Assembly: GCF_006345805.1 (NCBI RefSeq) | Contig: NC_043015.1 | Span: 10,974,001-11,038,000 of the forward strand | DNA from: Octopus sinensis | Taxonomy: Eukaryota | Length of the DNA: 64,000 bases | Direction: 5' to 3' | In this document: positions 39,051 to 54,696 of the stretch, one piece after another | Layout: each line of letters begins with the position of its first letter | How positions within the stretch are numbered: position 1 is the first letter of the stretch | The notes under the pieces: model-generated | What the model saw: only the letters and a program-made list of their open reading frames with translations | What the model was told of the DNA's origin: nothing | The model's database searches: none | Made by a program: the position numbers and the translations under genes

Positions 39051-39821
39051 GTATATAGTAAAGCAAATAAAAGGGTTAGCAGCAGGCTGCTTCGCCTCAT
39101 ACCGAAGGAATTAGAAATGGCAGTCAAAGACTGTTTTTTCCATTTTCTGTAAGTGGAGATTCCAAAAACGAAGGCCCGTGCGGTTCACATGCACAAAACC
39201 GGAGTAGCAAATAGACGCAAACAGTCACTTACCGTTAATAACGAACATGTTTCTGGAACACAAACTTGGAAAAGTAGTTTGATTTCCTTCTTTGGCGCTA
39301 TATTCGATAGATTTACCAAATGCCACAGGCCCTCACTTCTGACCCAGCGACATCAGATAGTGGGGGGAAGTGTGCAGATGTTAAAACTAAGTAATGACTG
39401 GGAACGTAAATTTTCCCTCCAAAATTCTGCCATGCGCGCCTTCTAGGTAATCGTAATGGAATAAGGGATCCACATGGTAATGCAATAAAAATGGTAAATA
39501 ATTTTTCTGTGGTTTTTCATGTAACCAACAATTATTTACCGGTAAATACGACAAATTCATCGTCAGGAACTTTGTACGGTTCAGTATATAGTAAAGCAAA
39601 TAAAAGGGCTAGCAGCAGGCTGCTTCGCCTCATACCGAAGGAATTAGAAATGGCAGTCAAAGACTGTTTTTTCCATTTTCTGTAAATGGGAGATTCCAAA
39701 AACGAAGGCCCGTGCGGCTCACATGCACAAAACCGGAGTAGCAAATAGACGCAAACAGTCACTTACCGTTAATAACGAACATGTTTCTGGATCACAAACT
39801 TGGAAAAGTAGTTTGATTTCC
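39051..39821 (-). mobile_element. Partial-tandem Penelope-like element (period 533)
   Basis: Near-identical ~237-bp direct repeats at 39051-39287 and 39584-39821; decayed HHR at ~39234-39300 (tagcg-CCAAAGA...GAAA-catg-TT-cgtta). Confidence 0.75.
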
Positions 39822-40504
39822 GTAAACTAAAACCCCGGCCTTAAATCTAACCCTGAGTTTCACTAGTATATTCGTGGCATTTTCTCCGAAGAATAATGGT
39901 TACATAAGAATCATTTTGGGACTTACACAAACCTAATGTTACTCTGACACAAATTTATTTAGAATACAACCTTGATGAGAGTGCTATGTTATCATCTGTT
40001 GTTGTAAAGGAACTGACGTGTGGTGAGGGAAGACATGTTTCTGGAGTATGCGGTGAAAAGGTGTTTAATGTTTCAATGTAGCTCTATAATGAACGATGTC
40101 GAATTGAATTTTGAACCTGCTTCTTACAAACTAGCTGCGAATTCTGTAGCTCTTGTTCAATAGCTTTGAAGGTTATCTCACATCATTTTGTAAGAGATAT
40201 TCAGGATATCGGTTAGTAGTTGTCTTACAAATATTGCGTAGTGGTAAATAATTTTATATAATTTATTTTATTACGTTATTTATTGTTGTGATGCATTCTA
40301 TGAAATATTTTAAATGGGAATCATTTTCAGCAGGGAAGGTATATACGCGCACTATTTCATACGTATATACTTCATTTCTTAACATATAGTTCACTCATAC
40401 AATTGGATAAAGCGAACACTCTTTCACTTGTTGGTGTGTTTTAACGATGGTATACTGTATTTCGTACGTGACTATGTGATTATGAATGTTGTGTATATCT
40501 ATAA

Positions 40505-40552
<48 letters not shown>

Positions 40553-41649
40553 TTCCTGGTCTGTTTATTATATCAATGTTTGACTATGTCAATTCTTCAT
40601 CTCTTGTTTCACAATTCTCGGAGGTATAATCATTATATAGCATCAAGAAAGTATTTGTTTCTAGTAAGTTACAAATTCTCACAGTCAGTGATGTTATTGA
40701 ATTATTTTGTTTTTATTTCCTATTTTCCGTAAATACCCCATTGATACGATATTTGATTAGAAATAGTTTTCCAATAATATAAATAAAACAAATTTGGTAG
40801 AAATCAAGGTGAAAAGTCGTTAACGTTATCATTAAATGACAATTTCCTTTTTTTTTTTCTTCTTGTTGACTTGTTCAATTTGTCGTTTATCTTATTGTTC
40901 CTGCAGATATTTTATTAAATCCCTCTCATAAGTCGTAAAAATAATGATCTCTCCAAATTGTACAAAGAATTGCTTGCATTGATGTATAAAGATGTCTGAC
41001 CATAAAGAGAGACGAAATCAAATTATAGATGTTGATCTTTTGACCAATGGCGTGACTCATTTACTGAATGATACCATTAATAATGAAATAACGGATGTCG
41101 GATGAAAGTTTACATGATGAAAGCGGTTTCATTGGTTCCAACAAAATATACCCAGTAATTTTTCAATTACGCTAGTAAATAAGAAGATCAGGATCTGTGT
41201 GAAGAAAGGAAATTTAGTAAGAATTAACAAATACTTCGCAGCAACTACCATCTAACAGCCGTACACTTTGTAGCATTAACATCGAGTATGTAAAACAATT
41301 ATATGTCTCTGTTTGTTTGTTCGACTCATTATTTGAGTTGTCTTTTCTCTTACTCTGAAACTAGTGAAGCTACGACGTCTAGAATATTATCAACTACTAC
41401 GAAGCAAATTACGTAATACAAATAATATTTTTATGACAAGATATTTTTCGGAATATTTGTGTTATCTCTAGAGATGAAAGACGTCTTCATCTATATTAGT
41501 TTTAAATGAATATGACCCCAATTGCTATCGTTTGTCTTAATTCTGGATATTTATATAGTGATAGACTGAATTCAGAATGTTGTCTGCTATTTCTACGGTG
41601 TTCGACTTAAAATGTTAAAGGCTGAACAATGTAACCAAATGAGATTTAT

Positions 41650-42060
41650 ATTTCAATATAGTGGCCGAAGCAGTCCACACTTCTTTCATTGGTGTTGCAG
41701 TGCTTGGACCCTATTAGTGGTCAAGAAATTCATCAACAGCCGATATGTCGTCATCACTGTGATGCTGGCCAAGCGATATTTTCATGCTGGGTAACATATG
41801 ATAGTACGATGGAGCCAAATCAGAAGAAGGAGGCTGATCAACCAGTTTAAAGTCACTGATATCCACAGCAACCATTGAAACTAAAGATTTGTGTGCTGGC
41901 GGATTATCCTCATACAACAAAACGCCCTTCGTCAGTTTTCTTGAGCCTTAGTTTTTGATAGCCTATCGACAATTAGGAAGCAAATTAAGAAATGCAAGCA
42001 ATAGGTATAGTACTTTCCATTCATGATGTCATCCTTTTGAAAGCAGTTAAGAAACACAAT
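41650..42060 (-). mobile_element. Mariner (DD34D) transposase C-terminal remnant
   Basis: LYEDNPPAHKS...QPPSSDLAPSYYHMLPSMK matches HDNARPH and HPPYSPDLAPSD. Confidence 0.8.
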
Positions 42061-45000
42061 GTTCAATTTAGACATTTCAATAAGAATGATATATATCTTT
42101 TTGAAATAAAGACTGATAGCTTTCAGACGAAGTCGCTTGACGATGGTTGGAGATAAACCTACCTACATCTGATTGATCTGTATATTTGAAGAAAAATTAG
42201 AATCGCAACAGTATTTAAGGTTTCAAAATTGCTTTGTATGGCAGATCATCTGAATATTATATTTGTATCCCTATTTTCAATTATAATAAAATATTAAATA
42301 TTGAATGAGTTAACAAACTATTCGTAAAGTAAAGAACTTTATACAGAAAGTAAAATGCAATAACAAAACACCTTCCTTGATTATGTATACGTGGCAGCCA
42401 TACGTAAATCGTCGCCTCATTCATCACCGTTAGGTGACCCATGGGCATCATAATTTGACCACACATTTCTGCCATTATTGACTGAGTAAAACTGATTAAA
42501 TGACTAAATGGCATAAGATCTGAACAGTGCTATTGTCTTGCCTTTACTCTATGTACTGAAGGTACAAGTGTATGTGCCGTGCTGCATTGTACAATGCTTT
42601 ATTCCTTATGACATAAAAAGAAAAGAATGTTTCGGAAAAGATGTGACGGCTCTTTCTAGCAGATTATGTGACCTCACAGCAGGTGTTTGGTTGCAGAGTT
42701 ACATATAATAAACGAGTAATAGTCACGTTAGGCCCTACATTAAATGCTACAGACACTTCATATTTATTCTACTTTTCCTTTACAATTTATATAATTAAGA
42801 ATCCTTATTAATCCTGCAATCATTAAAAATGTATTATACTTAATATCCCAGAAATACCACTTGTAAATAAATTAAAACCAAACTTCTGACTAAAGATCAA
42901 TGTAACATCGAATCGAAGACCTGTCGAGAGATGGGTCGGTTTCAATCGGACGAACATCAGGTTGCATATTTCCTTGCAGCAATTTCACTTATTATCTGCT
43001 AGCCGGTGTTTTATTTACAAATGTCAAATATTTTCTGCTTGACTGAATATGTACACATGAATCAAAAACTGAGCAGGATGCAATGAAGTCAATCTAAATT
43101 TTATATTAAAAGGCGAAAAATATTTTAGTTCAATAAAATAGAGACTTGCTCTGTTTCAGTTCAGTAAGCAATTCCGCACATTGGTTGTCAAATCTAATTT
43201 TAAGAGGCTAATGAGGTTTATAATAATGCTTTTTTGCTTTATTTTTAATTCCATATGAGCCCTGATCGAACAGATTTATGAGCAAATATGCCCCAGTAGT
43301 CATCATTCTGTTACTTATTTTAAGTATCTACTCATGTAGTCATGCTACAATATCTGATATGTTTTCTATTTGGTAAGGTGGCAGTGCGGGATTTTTTGTG
43401 TGATACAGGTTTGATATTTCTCGTACGATTTCTTTCGATGCATCGTGGTATTAAATACTTCAAGCAAGGTTTCAGCAACAGTAATGTTTATGAAGAAAAA
43501 CGGTTTTATCCTGTATCATTATTTTACATTTTAACGGAATAGACTTGTTCCCTTTTGACTGTCCATCCGCTTCATCAGTAAATATATTTTGCTTCTAAAA
43601 TCATAATCCTTTATTGCTTATGTACTATGAAATTTTTATGCAGTAATACACCTTACTATACATTTATCGTGTTTTAAGCCAAAATGGAGATGAACACCAT
43701 TCCTACATTGGATCGGCTTTCAAAATGTTAAAATATTAAGATATTTTCTAAACATGAAACCAATGGTAGCCTTAATAATCAAATAAAGAATTTTTTTCAA
43801 CCAGTGCAGTGTTGAGCGCTCATTTTCAATATACGACATTTACGATTAAATATATATATACATTGTCAGGACTCATTACGAATCTAATTTCAATCATATT
43901 GATGAAAATAACCTAGAAAATACTGTTTCAGTAAGTCGAATATGACACCTAACAAAATCATTGAACTTAATCAATTTCTTATGTTGACACATTTTAATAC
44001 ATCGCATTGAAATCTTATTTCAATTTCTTAAAGATACTTTGATCAATGTAGTCTAGCGGCACTCTGCTTGATTGAAACGTTGGCTGGAACGCCTTTCAGC
44101 ATATATCAGCTCAATAGGAGTGGGGCAAGTTGATTTCATCGACCTCAGTACATGACTGGTACATATCTCAGAAATGAGAAAACGCTAAGTTGTCCCCGGT
44201 GAAATTTGAAGCCAAAATATAAAAGACAAGAAGAATTCATGCAAACAATTTTCTACCGACACTCCATCACTTCGACCAGCTCACCAACTTAGGGTTATAT
44301 AACAATAACATTTATTACATCAAATTTATAAGGTAAATCTTCACAAAATAATTACTCAATGTGAATTCATAATAATGTAGTTGTCATGTTTCTTGAATGA
44401 TAATAAAAAAGGTTCTTATTGAGGCAATCAGTAACTTCAATAATTCATGCTTTTAAATCCTATTTGCACTTTATTAGCAAGTTGCCAAATTTATAATGGT
44501 TAATTTGGCAACTTATTTTTCTGAAGAAAGCGTGTATATTTCTTTAATATTTTACGTAATTCTTGAACAGTGAAATTTTGGCAGTGATTGCTGAGAAGCA
44601 GACGGAATGATTTTGAAATATTTACTCTCACAGGTCAGTCAACTGACAAAAGTTTCAGATGAACTGTCAATGCACTCTAGAACTCTAGAACTTTAGAACA
44701 ATTTACGTCCCTTTACGTTCTGAGTTTCGTATAACCTCGACTTCTACATATTTACCTTATATTTATCAGGACACAATAAATAGAGAATCATTTAATATAC
44801 ATTTTTTGCCTCTTTACGTTGCGATTGTAATAGTTAGATTTCATTTTGGAGGGATCAAAAGGAAACATTCTCACTGGAGAATTGTCGGAAGCGAATTGTA
44901 GTGTGTCAATGATAGAAATCAATACTGTATCCATAAGAAAGAATTTTTTAAAGTTCAGTTCAGGAAAGAAGTGCAACGTACTAGATGCCTTTGTGTAACT

Positions 45001-45183
45001 GTGCAACATTTGAAGAAATAAAGATCAATTAACTTCGGATTGGAGACTGGTCCAATTGTTACTCTGCCAAATCTCACACATATCAGCTGATGTTACTAAA
45101 CTTAGTAACGATGATTATGCATTTATATATATATATATATATATCTATATATATACATATATATTTGTGTGTGTGTGTGTATT

Positions 45184-45241
<58 letters not shown>

Positions 45242-45401
45242 CATATATATATATATGCATATAGATATATATTTATATATTATATATATATATATATATA
45301 AATACATACATATAAATATATACACATATATTTATATACTTATATATGTATATACATACATACATATATACATATATATATACACATATATATATATATA
45401 C

Positions 45402-45432
<31 letters not shown>

Positions 45433-45486
45433 CATACAAATGTATGAAAGAATGGAGTCGAACGACGAATTAACAAAATTCCTTAA

Positions 45487-45569
45487 TTTTCGACATATGT
45501 TTCGAAGGCTGCATATTCCTAATTGCGAAGGGATAAGGAGTATATTATGCCGCTTTCTCATAAGGAAAA
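45487..45569 (-). ncRNA. Decayed type I HHR in a TA-flanked repeat (~45440-45620)
   Basis: ttttc-CTTATGA-gaaagcggcata...tatgcagccttc-GAAA-catatg-TC-gaaaa; G5>U mutation. Confidence 0.65.
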
Positions 45570-47160
45570 GCAAGGAACTTATGTCAACATCAAGATGCAC
45601 CAAAAACTATTATTAATATATGTACATATATATGTATGTATGTATGTGTATATGTATGTATAGACGTATGTATGTACGTATATGAGCCACACGGCCGATT
45701 CATTAAGATGAGTTGTACTACTCCCGATTGCGAGAATGTTCTGCACTTTCCTGAACTGGACGGTGCATTGTCTTCTTGAATGAAACCCTATATGTCATAT
45801 TTCCGTGCGATCACTTCAACAACTGACATGTGACACACAGTACACCTGTTCAGGGAACATTGATTTCATTGGGAAAGTACAGCAGAAACATTTGACCACT
45901 ATATGCAGGTTGTTCAGCAAGGATTTTCAGAAATGATTTTTCTCGGACAAGAAGACTACCATCATATGCAAACGTGTATGCATACTCCAGTGTGTGTTTG
46001 TGTGATATTATATATGTGATCCTAATATGATCAAGATGAAATAGCCGCAACTATTTCATATCGCATTCATAGATCCACGCATACACACATTACAGGTATA
46101 TGCAAAAGTACATACAATGATAAAGATACCGATAGAAATGCATATATAGCGAATTCTATCCACCAATTTGTTATTACTTCCCACCAACCTAACCGACATC
46201 TTCAGAATTTCCGTGCAATAAATTGCACTCAAATGATTGAAGACAATATTCATCCACATAAAAATGATATATTCCGCGAAATGATAACGTCGGTAAAGTG
46301 CTAAACAAAATATTCTATTAATATCTGGATTCCCAAATCCATTTCATCCGGAAGATTTAATTGCATTTACACCTATTTCTGATTATGTGGGACAGAAACC
46401 GTACTACCAGGTTGAAAGTGTGAAGCCCAGAGTAGAAGGAGACAGATACCAATTTGAAACAGACATCTGGATTTCCACTAACTCTGTATTCTTGAAATGG
46501 TTTTTTTATAGCTTCATTTATGCATAGTTGATGGCAATAAATAAGTTAAACGAAAACAAAGGTTAAATATATTGTCAATAATTGTTAACAACTTTCATAA
46601 AAAGATATATTTGACCACAACAATATTATAACAATTTACATTCCACAATACAAACATAACATATATATATATATATATATATGTTGTGTGTGTGTGTATG
46701 TATAGATGGACACGCATATATATGTGCACATACATACATACACACACTTATATATGGAAGTATGTAAATATATTACCTACACGCAAGAAAGATTATTTAT
46801 GAAATATAAACAGAAAAAGTGTATATTTACAAATATATTTATTCTTATATTCATAGACTATTTGCTTGTAATATTCACGTTAATCATCAAAGAAATGGAA
46901 GTTATTATGAAAACTCTTATCCTAGGTTCTACGTTATGAATGTCAATAATAAAATATCCTTCAATTTCCTTGTTCTTTCTCTAATACATAGCCAAATAAA
47001 AATCTAAGCATCATTACTGTTACCTCATTATAAGAGAAATTATAAGACAGTATTTTATTATTTTCAGATATTAGATTGCGGCCATTGCGACCATGCTGGG
47101 GTCACTCTCAAATATTTTAACTATATGAATTATACATTCTTCAGTCCTAGTATTTATTTA

Positions 47161-47532
47161 TTCTTTTACTTGTTTCAGTCATTTGACTGCGGCCATGCTG
47201 GAACACCGCCTTATTCTTTGTAAGCCCAGTACTTATTCTATCGGTCTCTTTTGCCGAACCGCTAAGTTACGGGGACGTAAACACACCAGCATCGGTTGTC
47301 AAGCAATGCTAGGGGGACAAACACAGACACAAACATATACACACACACTTACATATATATGCATATATACGACAGGCTTCTTTCAGTTGCCGTCTACCAA
47401 ATCCACTCACAAGGCATTGGTCGGCCCGGGGCTATAGCAGAAGACACTTGCCCAAGATGCCACGCAGTGGGAGTGAACCCGGAACCATGTGGTTGGTTAG
47501 CAAGCTACTTACCACACAGCCACTCCTGCGCC
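47161..47532 (-). mobile_element. tRNA-derived SINE, uninterrupted head
   Basis: Contains GGTTGGTTAGCAAGCTACTTACCACACAGCC once, i.e. the empty site of the 20010-22276 insertion. Confidence 0.9.
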
Positions 47533-47679
47533 TTATATTTGTATATATTGTTTACTGTATATATGTTTATATTCGTATAGATAGAGAGAAAGTGAGATAT
47601 ATAGATAGAGATAGAGAGAGAGAGAGAGTTAGAGAGAGAGATAGAGTTAGGGAGATAGGTAGATAATTATATATATATA

Positions 47680-47748
47680 GATAGAGAGATAGATAGATTG
47701 GCTGATATATGGATAGATACACAGACATATAGATAGATAGATAGATAG

Positions 47749-47800
<52 letters not shown>

Positions 47801-47859
47801 CAGACAGGCGGAGGAGATAGATAGATAGATAGATAGATAGATATATAATAGATAGCTAT

Positions 47860-47900
<41 letters not shown>

Positions 47901-47914
47901 GAGATAGAGAGATA

Positions 47915-47962
<48 letters not shown>

Positions 47963-48055
47963 TTAGATAGATATATATATCGATAGATCGATAGATAGAT
48001 AGATAGATAGATGATAGATCGATAGATAGGATAGATAGTAGATAGAGTAGATAGT
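47680..48055. repeat. (GATA)n microsatellite
   Basis: Directly visible; also at ~50630-50785 and ~62590-62830. Confidence 0.95.
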
Positions 48056-48641
48056 ATTTTTCTTTATTAGCCACACAGGGCTGCACACAGATAGAACAAT
48101 TACAAGGTAGAGCTTTTCTTTTGAAGGTATTATAGATAGATAGCGTGGTGAAATGCTGCAAAGTCACTACCCATTGTTATTTTCCACTTGTACTGCTGTG
48201 TACCATTCACACAAACGTATATAAAAGCAAATACAGGTGTAGTAACAAAAGCACACACATACACACACAGAGACTCACATACGGACTCGCTCAGAAGACT
48301 GATAAGCACACAGGGGCGCATTCAAATAAACAGACACGCACACAAACACACGTTTCTGTAAAGGTTTCACCGGAAAAGTAATTACATGTCGAGTGAAGCA
48401 TTTTTCTTGGGAAGAATATTACCATCTTTGGACAACTGCTTTAATCTGAGAATGTTTATCTTGACCGAAACAATTGCTTGCTGATTGATTCATTGCAGCC
48501 ATTAGATTGAAGCATACACTGTTAAATTCAATTTTACTATATTTCTAGATAACACTGACTTCACCACACATTTACGACCTCGTTCCAGTAATCTACTAGC
48601 CTATGGTGAATACTGAGGAAATATGTGTGTATATATGTATA

Positions 48642-48679
<38 letters not shown>

Positions 48680-48687
48680 TATATATG

Positions 48688-48780
<93 letters not shown>

Positions 48781-49331
48781 GATACATGCATATATATATA
48801 TATGTATATATATACATACATATATATATATATATTTATATTTATATTTATATATATATATGGGCGTTTGTATATATCTATATGTATATGCATCTATCTT
48901 TATATCTATGTGTAATAGATTTCCTTTTCCATATATATCCACTTACATTAATAACATTACAGTGTGATACGATTTAAGTATATAAATCTAGGTTCCATTA
49001 TACGAAAAATAACGTTGACAATGCCATTAAAAGTCGAACGAAGATCCTATTTTAATGTAATATATCTTTATTGAACTGTACCCGATATAACCATGATTTA
49101 TTTAGCTTGACATGTGAGAGCCAAGAACCTGAACACTGGTCCGCTTACTTTGTTCTACGTGTTGTTTTTGCTTTTTAAACCCTGGACATGCTTTACAGAG
49201 TTGAGCTGCTGTAAATGGAATTACAACCGAGGTCCTAATTTTCGTATATATATATGTATATATATATGGGATCAACGTGTCGTATGTATATACATATACT
49301 TATACATATATATATATATACATATTTTATA

Positions 49332-49376
<45 letters not shown>

Positions 49377-49562
49377 ATTTATATGTATATATGTATATAT
49401 ATACATATATATATATATGTGTGCATATATATTTATACATATATATATATTTATTTATATATTTATACATACATATATAAATATATATATTTATACATTA
49501 TATATATGTATATATACATATATTTAGACATATATACATATTTATTTTTTATATATTCATTC

Positions 49563-49596
<34 letters not shown>

Positions 49597-49709
49597 TTAT
49601 TTTTATTTATATTATATATATATATTTATCTATATAAATATATAAATATATATACGTACATATACGTGTATATACATATATATACAATATATGTGTATGT
49701 ATATATATA

Positions 49710-49753
<44 letters not shown>

Positions 49754-50629
49754 ACGTATATATATATATAATATATATATATTATATACATATATATATG
49801 TAAGTATATGTACGTACATATATTTATATACATGTGTGTGTATGTATTGTATGAACATGACGTAACATTATACATTCGCTTTTACAAACTATTTTATATC
49901 ACGTCGCCCTCATTTGCGGAAGATATGTATTTTGCTGCCCAACGAAGCGGAAGCAGCAGAGAATAATGGATTTGGCGTATGAAATTATGCACCATTAGAG
50001 TTTGGGTTGAAATGATATGGAAACATGAGTAAATAGATCATCCTTCATTGAACTTGATATCCATTCTTCATATTTGTTTTTCTGGTGAGGGTAATATAAT
50101 TTTAAGTACCTGTAGATTAAAGCGTTATACGTACCCAAACCACTCACACACAGATACATATACGTATGTATTTATATATATATATATATATAATATATAT
50201 ATATATATGTATATATTCGTCTCAGAATCGTATGGTTGTGAGTTTGATCTTGCCGCTTTCGCGCGTTGTATCTTTGCGCAAGGCAATTTATTTTTTGCCT
50301 TTGATACAGTCCACTCAGCTGGCAACAATTAGTAGTACATGTACCACACCATTCTACCTCGCTGAATTCCACTGAGAAGTAGGTTAAGGGTATGCGTGTT
50401 TGTGGAGTGCTCAAGCACGTGCATGTTAACTTCACAATCAGGCTGTTCCATTCATGGTATCAACTAGAACAGTCGTCGACTTAGCCGACATATTTCAAGA
50501 AAAATGTACTCACACGACAATCATATATGTAATCGACTGACGGAAGAATGAAACTGTGCCAACTCGAGTAACAAACTGAATGAGAACAATATAAAAACAA
50601 GGTTAACGAATAGGCAGACAGACTGGCAG

Positions 50630-50680
<51 letters not shown>

Positions 50681-50710
50681 TATAGATAGATAGATAGATA
50701 GATAGATAGT

Positions 50711-50785
<75 letters not shown>

Positions 50786-53391
50786 GTATGAATCTTATGC
50801 GTTGCACACTCTAATTAAAATAACAATTTAGTCTAAAAGTAAAGAAAAACTACACGCTGTCTACTGAGTATTCATTTACGTGAATATTTCCTATAGAAAA
50901 ATGGCGTGTGTCAGAATCTGTAAACCGGCTGACAAAATAACGTAGTGTTTCGTTGATTTGACTCATGCAGTCAGTCTTTCAGAAAGTACTACTAAAAGTA
51001 CTCTTGAAATCAGAAAATATAGGAATTGTTAGAAACTTTCTGTACCTAACCATATACCATCTCAAGTAATGTTATTTCTATAACAATAAATGCAATATGT
51101 AATTTTTACCGAAACAAATAAACATGAATTTTCTTGGCTTTTTCTGTTTGTCTCTTTCTAAATGTTCTCCTTCTCGAAATTTCTCCGAGACAAATTACTT
51201 TCTAAATATCTATTTAAAAGTAAAATAGTGGCTATTTTTAAGAGTAGGTTAGTCGGTACCAGCATTTCCATACTTCATATATACCCTATTCTATCCACAC
51301 TGACTAGTTTGAAATATAGCTGATAGCAGCGAGATGTCAACTCAGTCTGAAATGAAATTATATACAATCACCTTTTGTGGTAAAACTACCTCAAAAATTT
51401 GGCAACTATGTTATCTAGTATATTCTGCCACCGTGATGAAAGCAGAATAAGACTTCAGAAAACCTGGCTATTATTTCAAGCAGCTAAGGCAATGAGCTGG
51501 CAGAATCGCTGCCACACCGGCAAAATGTTAACCGGTATTTCGTGCGTCTTTACATTCTGATTTCCAATTCCGCCTGGGTCGACTTTACATTTCCTCCTTA
51601 CGGGGTCGTTAAAATCAGTACCGATAGAGCACTAATGTCGATGTAATTGAGTTAACGTCTCCACCGAAGTTGCTGTCCGTGTGTCAAAATAGAAACCAAA
51701 ACATCTAATAGATGGAATGTCTTCGCAACAAGACCATTATATCATTTAGAGTATCTCTCCATCGAGACTTATACTCACTGAACAATATAAAAACGGGGAT
51801 ATTATAATTTCAAATTATTGTCTATCATTCGTTTCTGACATACACTATCAGGTATCTTAGATGAGACAAATACTTGAATTTAGGAAGCATTGTCTTTCAC
51901 TAATATTTCATTATATCGAATTTGACACAGGTAAAGGAAAGTGAGAAGGATATTAAATAAAGTGGTATATCATGGGTTCTAAGGACATGTAATTCACACC
52001 CGTTTTATCATCTCATAATTTTTTACTGATTTTTAGGTGCAAGGCTAGCAGGTTTAGAGGGAGAAATTTACTTGAGGGCGGAAAGGCATAGTTAGCATCG
52101 TAATATTATGAACTCAGAACGAAAGAACATTTTTCTGCTGCTCCAGTGACGCTGCGATTCCAAAGAATTTCATTATTTTACAATGTAACAAATGTCTGAG
52201 GAAAACATTCTAATACACGACCTTGCAAACTATGTATTTTCGATAATTTTCTGAAACATGAACACATTCAAGCAAATGTTATGGTAATTTTACTTTGGAT
52301 ACGATTAGAAGTGTAGGTAAATGAAGAAAGTGAAATGAAACAATGAAAAAAAGATTTGTGGAGGAGCAACAGTGGTAACTGTTTCAGAGGACATTTCAGG
52401 AATGTAGTCAGAACATTGGAAGACATAGATATCTTATTCCGAAAGTTTGCCACAGAGCAAAACCATCCATTAATCCAATAGCAAGAGAATTATTAGATAG
52501 GGAAGGATCACGCCGAGTACCATCTCAATCCCTAGTTCGGGCGCGGGGCAGGAGTGATCTTTCCCGACAGGATCTTACATGATTTACGTATACCCAATAT
52601 CATTTTAGAAGACAATGACAGCTAATATCTGCTTAAGTTACTTTACGTAAGATACAACCGGACGAGATAGTGAAGATGCCGACGACCGCTCGGTTCAAAG
52701 TGTCCCTTGACGACAAATGGCCTGAAATCTTTACATGAACAACACCCTGTACATAACTCCATGTCCCCCTACATGGCCTTACTTTTTGCTTTTTGAGCCC
52801 AAAAATTAACTAACTAACTAACTAACTAACAACCATTCACTACATGATCATGAAGCAAATATTTTAGCATCACGCCAACCGCCTCTATTTTCTATTCACC
52901 TGTTATGGAAGACAGACACGAAATAATTGTAATTAATCGAAACCAAATATGTTTACGTAATCCTGTAGGTCATTTCTAACATTCAATGTAAAAATTATTT
53001 TTAAATTATGAATAGAAGACGAAAATATATTAATTATTTTAGGAGATATGATCAGTTCAAGCTATTCTGTTACCTGTAAACAGGAAATATTTTACATTGT
53101 CATAAATATACAAGTGGTATGGTTGATAAATTACCGGAAAGTGTCATCATAATTGAAGTGAAAATTGGCATCATTTTAATATCTACTTTAGTTTAATTAA
53201 TTGCTGTAAATTCGATATGGCATTTTGCGTGGGTGTACGTAATATAAATATATATATTCTATATAAATGATATATATATATATATATCTATATGTAGATA
53301 TATATATATATATACACATACATAGATACATACATGTATGTATGTATCTATGTATGTGTATATATATATATATATATCTACATATATATAT

Positions 53392-53457
<66 letters not shown>

Positions 53458-53461
53458 ACAC

Positions 53462-53860
53462 ATTGGGTTGGCAACTAATTTCCCACCATTTGTTTAAAGT
53501 TTGGAATTTATTGCGCTTTTAAATTTGGGAATCTATTTTGTCTTGTTTTTTTTCTAGTTAATATATTTAATTTTTGTTTAGTTTCAGATCATTAAAATGG
53601 AATGTCGAGTTCAAAGAAACGAGCATTTTCGATACCTCCTTTTTGATTTTGATCAAGTTTGTAAGGCCGGAAAAGCTGCTCACGACATTTGTGCTGTGTA
53701 TGGAGACGGTGCCATAGCTGAAAGAACCGCTCGTGATTGCTATACCAAGTTCAAAAACGGAAATTTTGACCTCAAATATACACCTCGTTCTGACCGTCCA
53801 GTTGTGATCGATGAAGAGCGATTAAACCAACTCTTGCACGAAACTTCTCGTCAAACGTCT
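53462..53860 (+). mobile_element. Mariner 5' fragment (mellifera-like TIR)
   Basis: TTGGGTTGGCAACTAA terminus; MECRVQRNEHFRYLL...ICAVYGDGAIAERTAR...FKNGNFDL..PRSDRP. Confidence 0.8.
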
Positions 53861-54613
53861 ACTTTCAAGAACTTTCAAGAATGCCTTTACAAATGCATCA
53901 ATGAAACGGACACCACAATGGATTTTGGCAAATGCTAATTCACTACGAACACGTTGATATCAATATCATTTGTTTGCAGCTAAAATTAATGATTTTGAGA
54001 AATTTTCAAACATGTTCTCTCTGCTCCACACTGTATATATATAAATATATATGTATGTATATAAATGTGTATGTATGTATATGAGTAAAGGCGCATGGCT
54101 TAGTGGTTAAGGTGTTCAGCTGACTATTTTAAGGTCAATTACCAGCGACAGGTATTGGCCTTGACCAATACACTTTATTTCCCGTTGCTCCAGTCTACTC
54201 AACTGGTAAAACATGATTATTACCTTTATTTCAAAATGAGCCGACCTTGTCACATTGTGTGTCAAACAGAATTTCTCCGACTATTACGTTAATGTTACGC
54301 GTTGTTTTGGAGTGCTGAGCCACTTTTACATTAATTAAGGATATGTTGAAGATTTTCTGAATTTAAAGGATTTAAATCTAAAGGATAAACATGATGTCTA
54401 TTTGGTTAGGATATGATTGGCAGGGAGAATCTCAAATCCCTCTATAGAGTAGAAGATTTTCTTTGTCGCTCGTATAGGATTTATTACAGATGATAATAAT
54501 ACTTTGTGAAAAATGTACAATACGAATATACATACTGCGTACCCACAGACATGCGTTAACTGCTTTTGTGTGCGCGCAGGTGTATATATCTCTCTCTCTC
54601 TATATATATATTA

Positions 54614-54696
<83 letters not shown>

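Noticed and set aside
48596-49858. Many YIYI-, CVCV- and YLSI-type ORFs here and elsewhere
   Set aside because: Translations of microsatellites.
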